The translations under genes were made by a program, and so were the position numbers. From positions 159,471,741-159,535,740 of the forward strand of contig CM041465.1 in assembly GCA_023213395.1 (NCBI GenBank): a stretch of 64,000 bases of DNA, given 5' to 3'. This document shows positions 62,001 through 64,000 of this stretch, piece by piece (position 1 is the stretch's first letter; each line of letters opens with the position of its first letter). The DNA is from Cycas panzhihuaensis (Eukaryota > Plantae > Cycadophyta). The notes under the pieces were generated by a model. The model did no database searches and was not told the DNA's origin. It saw only the letters and a program-made list of their open reading frames with translations.

Positions 62001-64000
62001 CTACCTAGTGAGGGTATATCAATAGGTCCAAAAACATCGTTATACACTAATTATAGAATACCCTTTGCTCTCTTCAATCTTGAGGGAAAACTGACTTGAT
62101 TTTATTTGCCATACACACAATGCTCACAGAAATCAAAATCAAAAGAGCTATTAATTCCATAGATGTATTCTTTAATATATTTGGAGAATAAATCATGGAG
62201 GACTTTCTCTCTAATATGGCCCAATCTCTGATGTCATAGCATAGTTTTACCAACAAGTGATATTTGAGTCTCACCTTCATTATTTCTACTTTTTGTAATA
62301 GTTGGATTGTAACTTCCAGCACACACTGTATTTGCATCAAGTTTGTATAGTGTTCCAAATCGGACCTCTCTTACTAACACCAATGCTCCTCGAACCATTC
62401 TATAACTATCTTTATTAAAGATCACTTATATTCCTATATCACCCAATTGAATGAAAGATGACAGACTCATAGCCGAAGCAAGAATATAACTTATATCAAG
62501 GATAGTTTTAACCCTTCCATCCCCCAAGCGAACCTTTACCCTTCCATGACCCACAATTTTATATTGGTAATGATCCCCAAGAAATACCTCGCCTCCATCA
62601 ATCTTTGTATATTCATAAAACTAGTCCTTATGGGAGTAACATGAAATGAAGCACCAAAGTTAATTAACTACGACTCAACATTTGACAACTTACTTGAGGT
62701 CACCAAATAAACATCACCATCATCTTTATCAAAGGCTTTTGTTACTGTGGAAGAAGTAGCTTTAGGTGACTTTCCTTTGTCAACCTCGACTTAACACTAG
62801 CTCTTCATATGGCTAGCCTTCCCACATCTCCAACATACCAAAGGTCCTTTGCCTAGAGATTTGGATATTCCTTTGGATTTTGGTCATTTAATCCTAGGCC
62901 TTTGTTGTTTGCGATCTAATGTTCAACCTCTTATCGATAATGCTTCTTTTGATTAATCCTCAAAAGATTTTTGCCTTGTCTCTTTTAATAATAGGGTAGT
63001 AAAAACATCATAAAATTTTAGGGTAGCAGTAGCTATGTTAATCGTCATCACAAGACTATCCCAAGAATCAGGAAGTGAATATAACATGGTAATACACTTG
63101 TCTTCTTTAGATATTGTTATCCCAACTGAAACAAGTTGGCTTACCACAGTGTTAAATGTAATGAGATGATCTACAACTACATATCCATCATTCATCCTAA
63201 GTGAATACAGCTTTTTTTGAAGAAATAGTTTATTAACCAAGGACTTTGTCTGATACAAAGCCTCTAACTTTATCCATAGATCTTTGGCCATAGACTCTGT
63301 GGCAACATTCAATAATACCATGTCTAAAAAGTATAATATTATCAAACGGATTGCCTTTCGATCAAGCTTCTTCCAGTCTTCATCACCCATAGTGGCAAGC
63401 TTTGTTCCTACTACAATGATCCACTAATCCTTCTTAATGAGGATATCTTCGATCTTTAGTTTCCACAGCTCAGAGTTCTAGCCATTAAACTTTTTAATAT
63501 CCATATTTGTAATGTTTTCCATGATCTTTGCACTTAAGTTCACTATACAAGACTCTCACTTACCAAATGGCTTCCTACAGAACTAAAACCCTTAGCTCTT
63601 ATACCAAATAAAGAGAAAATATAACTGCAAAAGTAATGCGATAACAGAACTCTAAACCATACAAAGAATAAATAACATAAATAAATCAAGCACTTAATAA
63701 AGAACACTAGGAGATTTAGGTCTAAGCATAGACATTTTATTAATCTAAGTAATGACTAATGAATCATAGAGATGAATAAACCCTAACTCTTCACATCAAC
63801 GCATCCACAACCGTCTCACATTACATGTGTTATTACATAAGAATATATATATACAACATTATAAGATACCACCTTGCAGTTTTACAATACAATGGGCATA
63901 AACCATGGGCTAACAAAAGACCCCCATAAGACACAAAAAAAAAATTCTTGGGGACTCCCTCCCTCGAACCCCTACCTAGAGGGGCGCTAACCCCTAGACC
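59014..64000 (-). mobile_element. Ty1/copia, Tnt1/Tork-like; 5' LTR runs off the window
   Basis: 3' LTR 59014-59510, PPT 59511-59520, PBS GCTCTTATACCA 63595-63606, 5' LTR from 63609. Confidence 0.94.
59570..63522 (-). pseudogene. gag-pol: Copia gag-pol relic (many stops)
   Basis: KKFNG..LWKLKIED; DWKKLDRKA..LYQTKSLVNKLFL; CWRCGK zinc knuckle; [14 protein letters not shown]; QIDVKIAFLYG.IEEEIYM.QP; LYVDDIL; KHIDVQ. Confidence 0.92.

Overview
Eukaryotic, almost certainly land-plant, repeat-only sequence. The element types and the heavy CG/CHG C-to-T decay suggest a large-genome plant such as a gymnosperm (inference). I found no host gene, rRNA, tRNA or CRISPR array. The 64 kb is a stack of nested retroelements, most with boundaries fixed by TG..CA termini, PBS/PPT and target-site duplications (TSDs). 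(1) An old minus-strand chromovirus-type Ty3/gypsy (6459-~14373) is hit by an L1 LINE (1-6458), which is itself hit by a younger gag/protease-less chromovirus (1733-6259); the old gypsy also carries a 2.6 kb probable solo LTR (10209-12797). (2) A Tat/Ogre/Athila-type gag-protease relic (~14374-18100). (3) A full-length but stop-ridden L1 LINE with RNase H (21225-27395, 14 bp TSD). (4) An Athila-like gypsy (~31053-58200) split by two nests: a pol-less LTR element (31287-43218) > copia (32374-40195) > non-autonomous copia (36091-39114), and a non-autonomous LTR element (45738-56038) > near-intact copia (47006-55274). (5) A Tnt1/Tork-like copia (59014 to beyond the window end). All coding regions are pseudogenised. 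The best candidate for new biology is non-coding: several elements have long 5' leaders that look like spliceosomal introns, two of them containing GC-rich folded RNA islands. Other leads are an inverted repeat caging the PPT in all four clear copia elements, conserved 3'UTR hairpins in both LINEs, and a TGATG stop/start overlap between LINE ORF1 and ORF2. All coordinates were read by eye and no searches were run.
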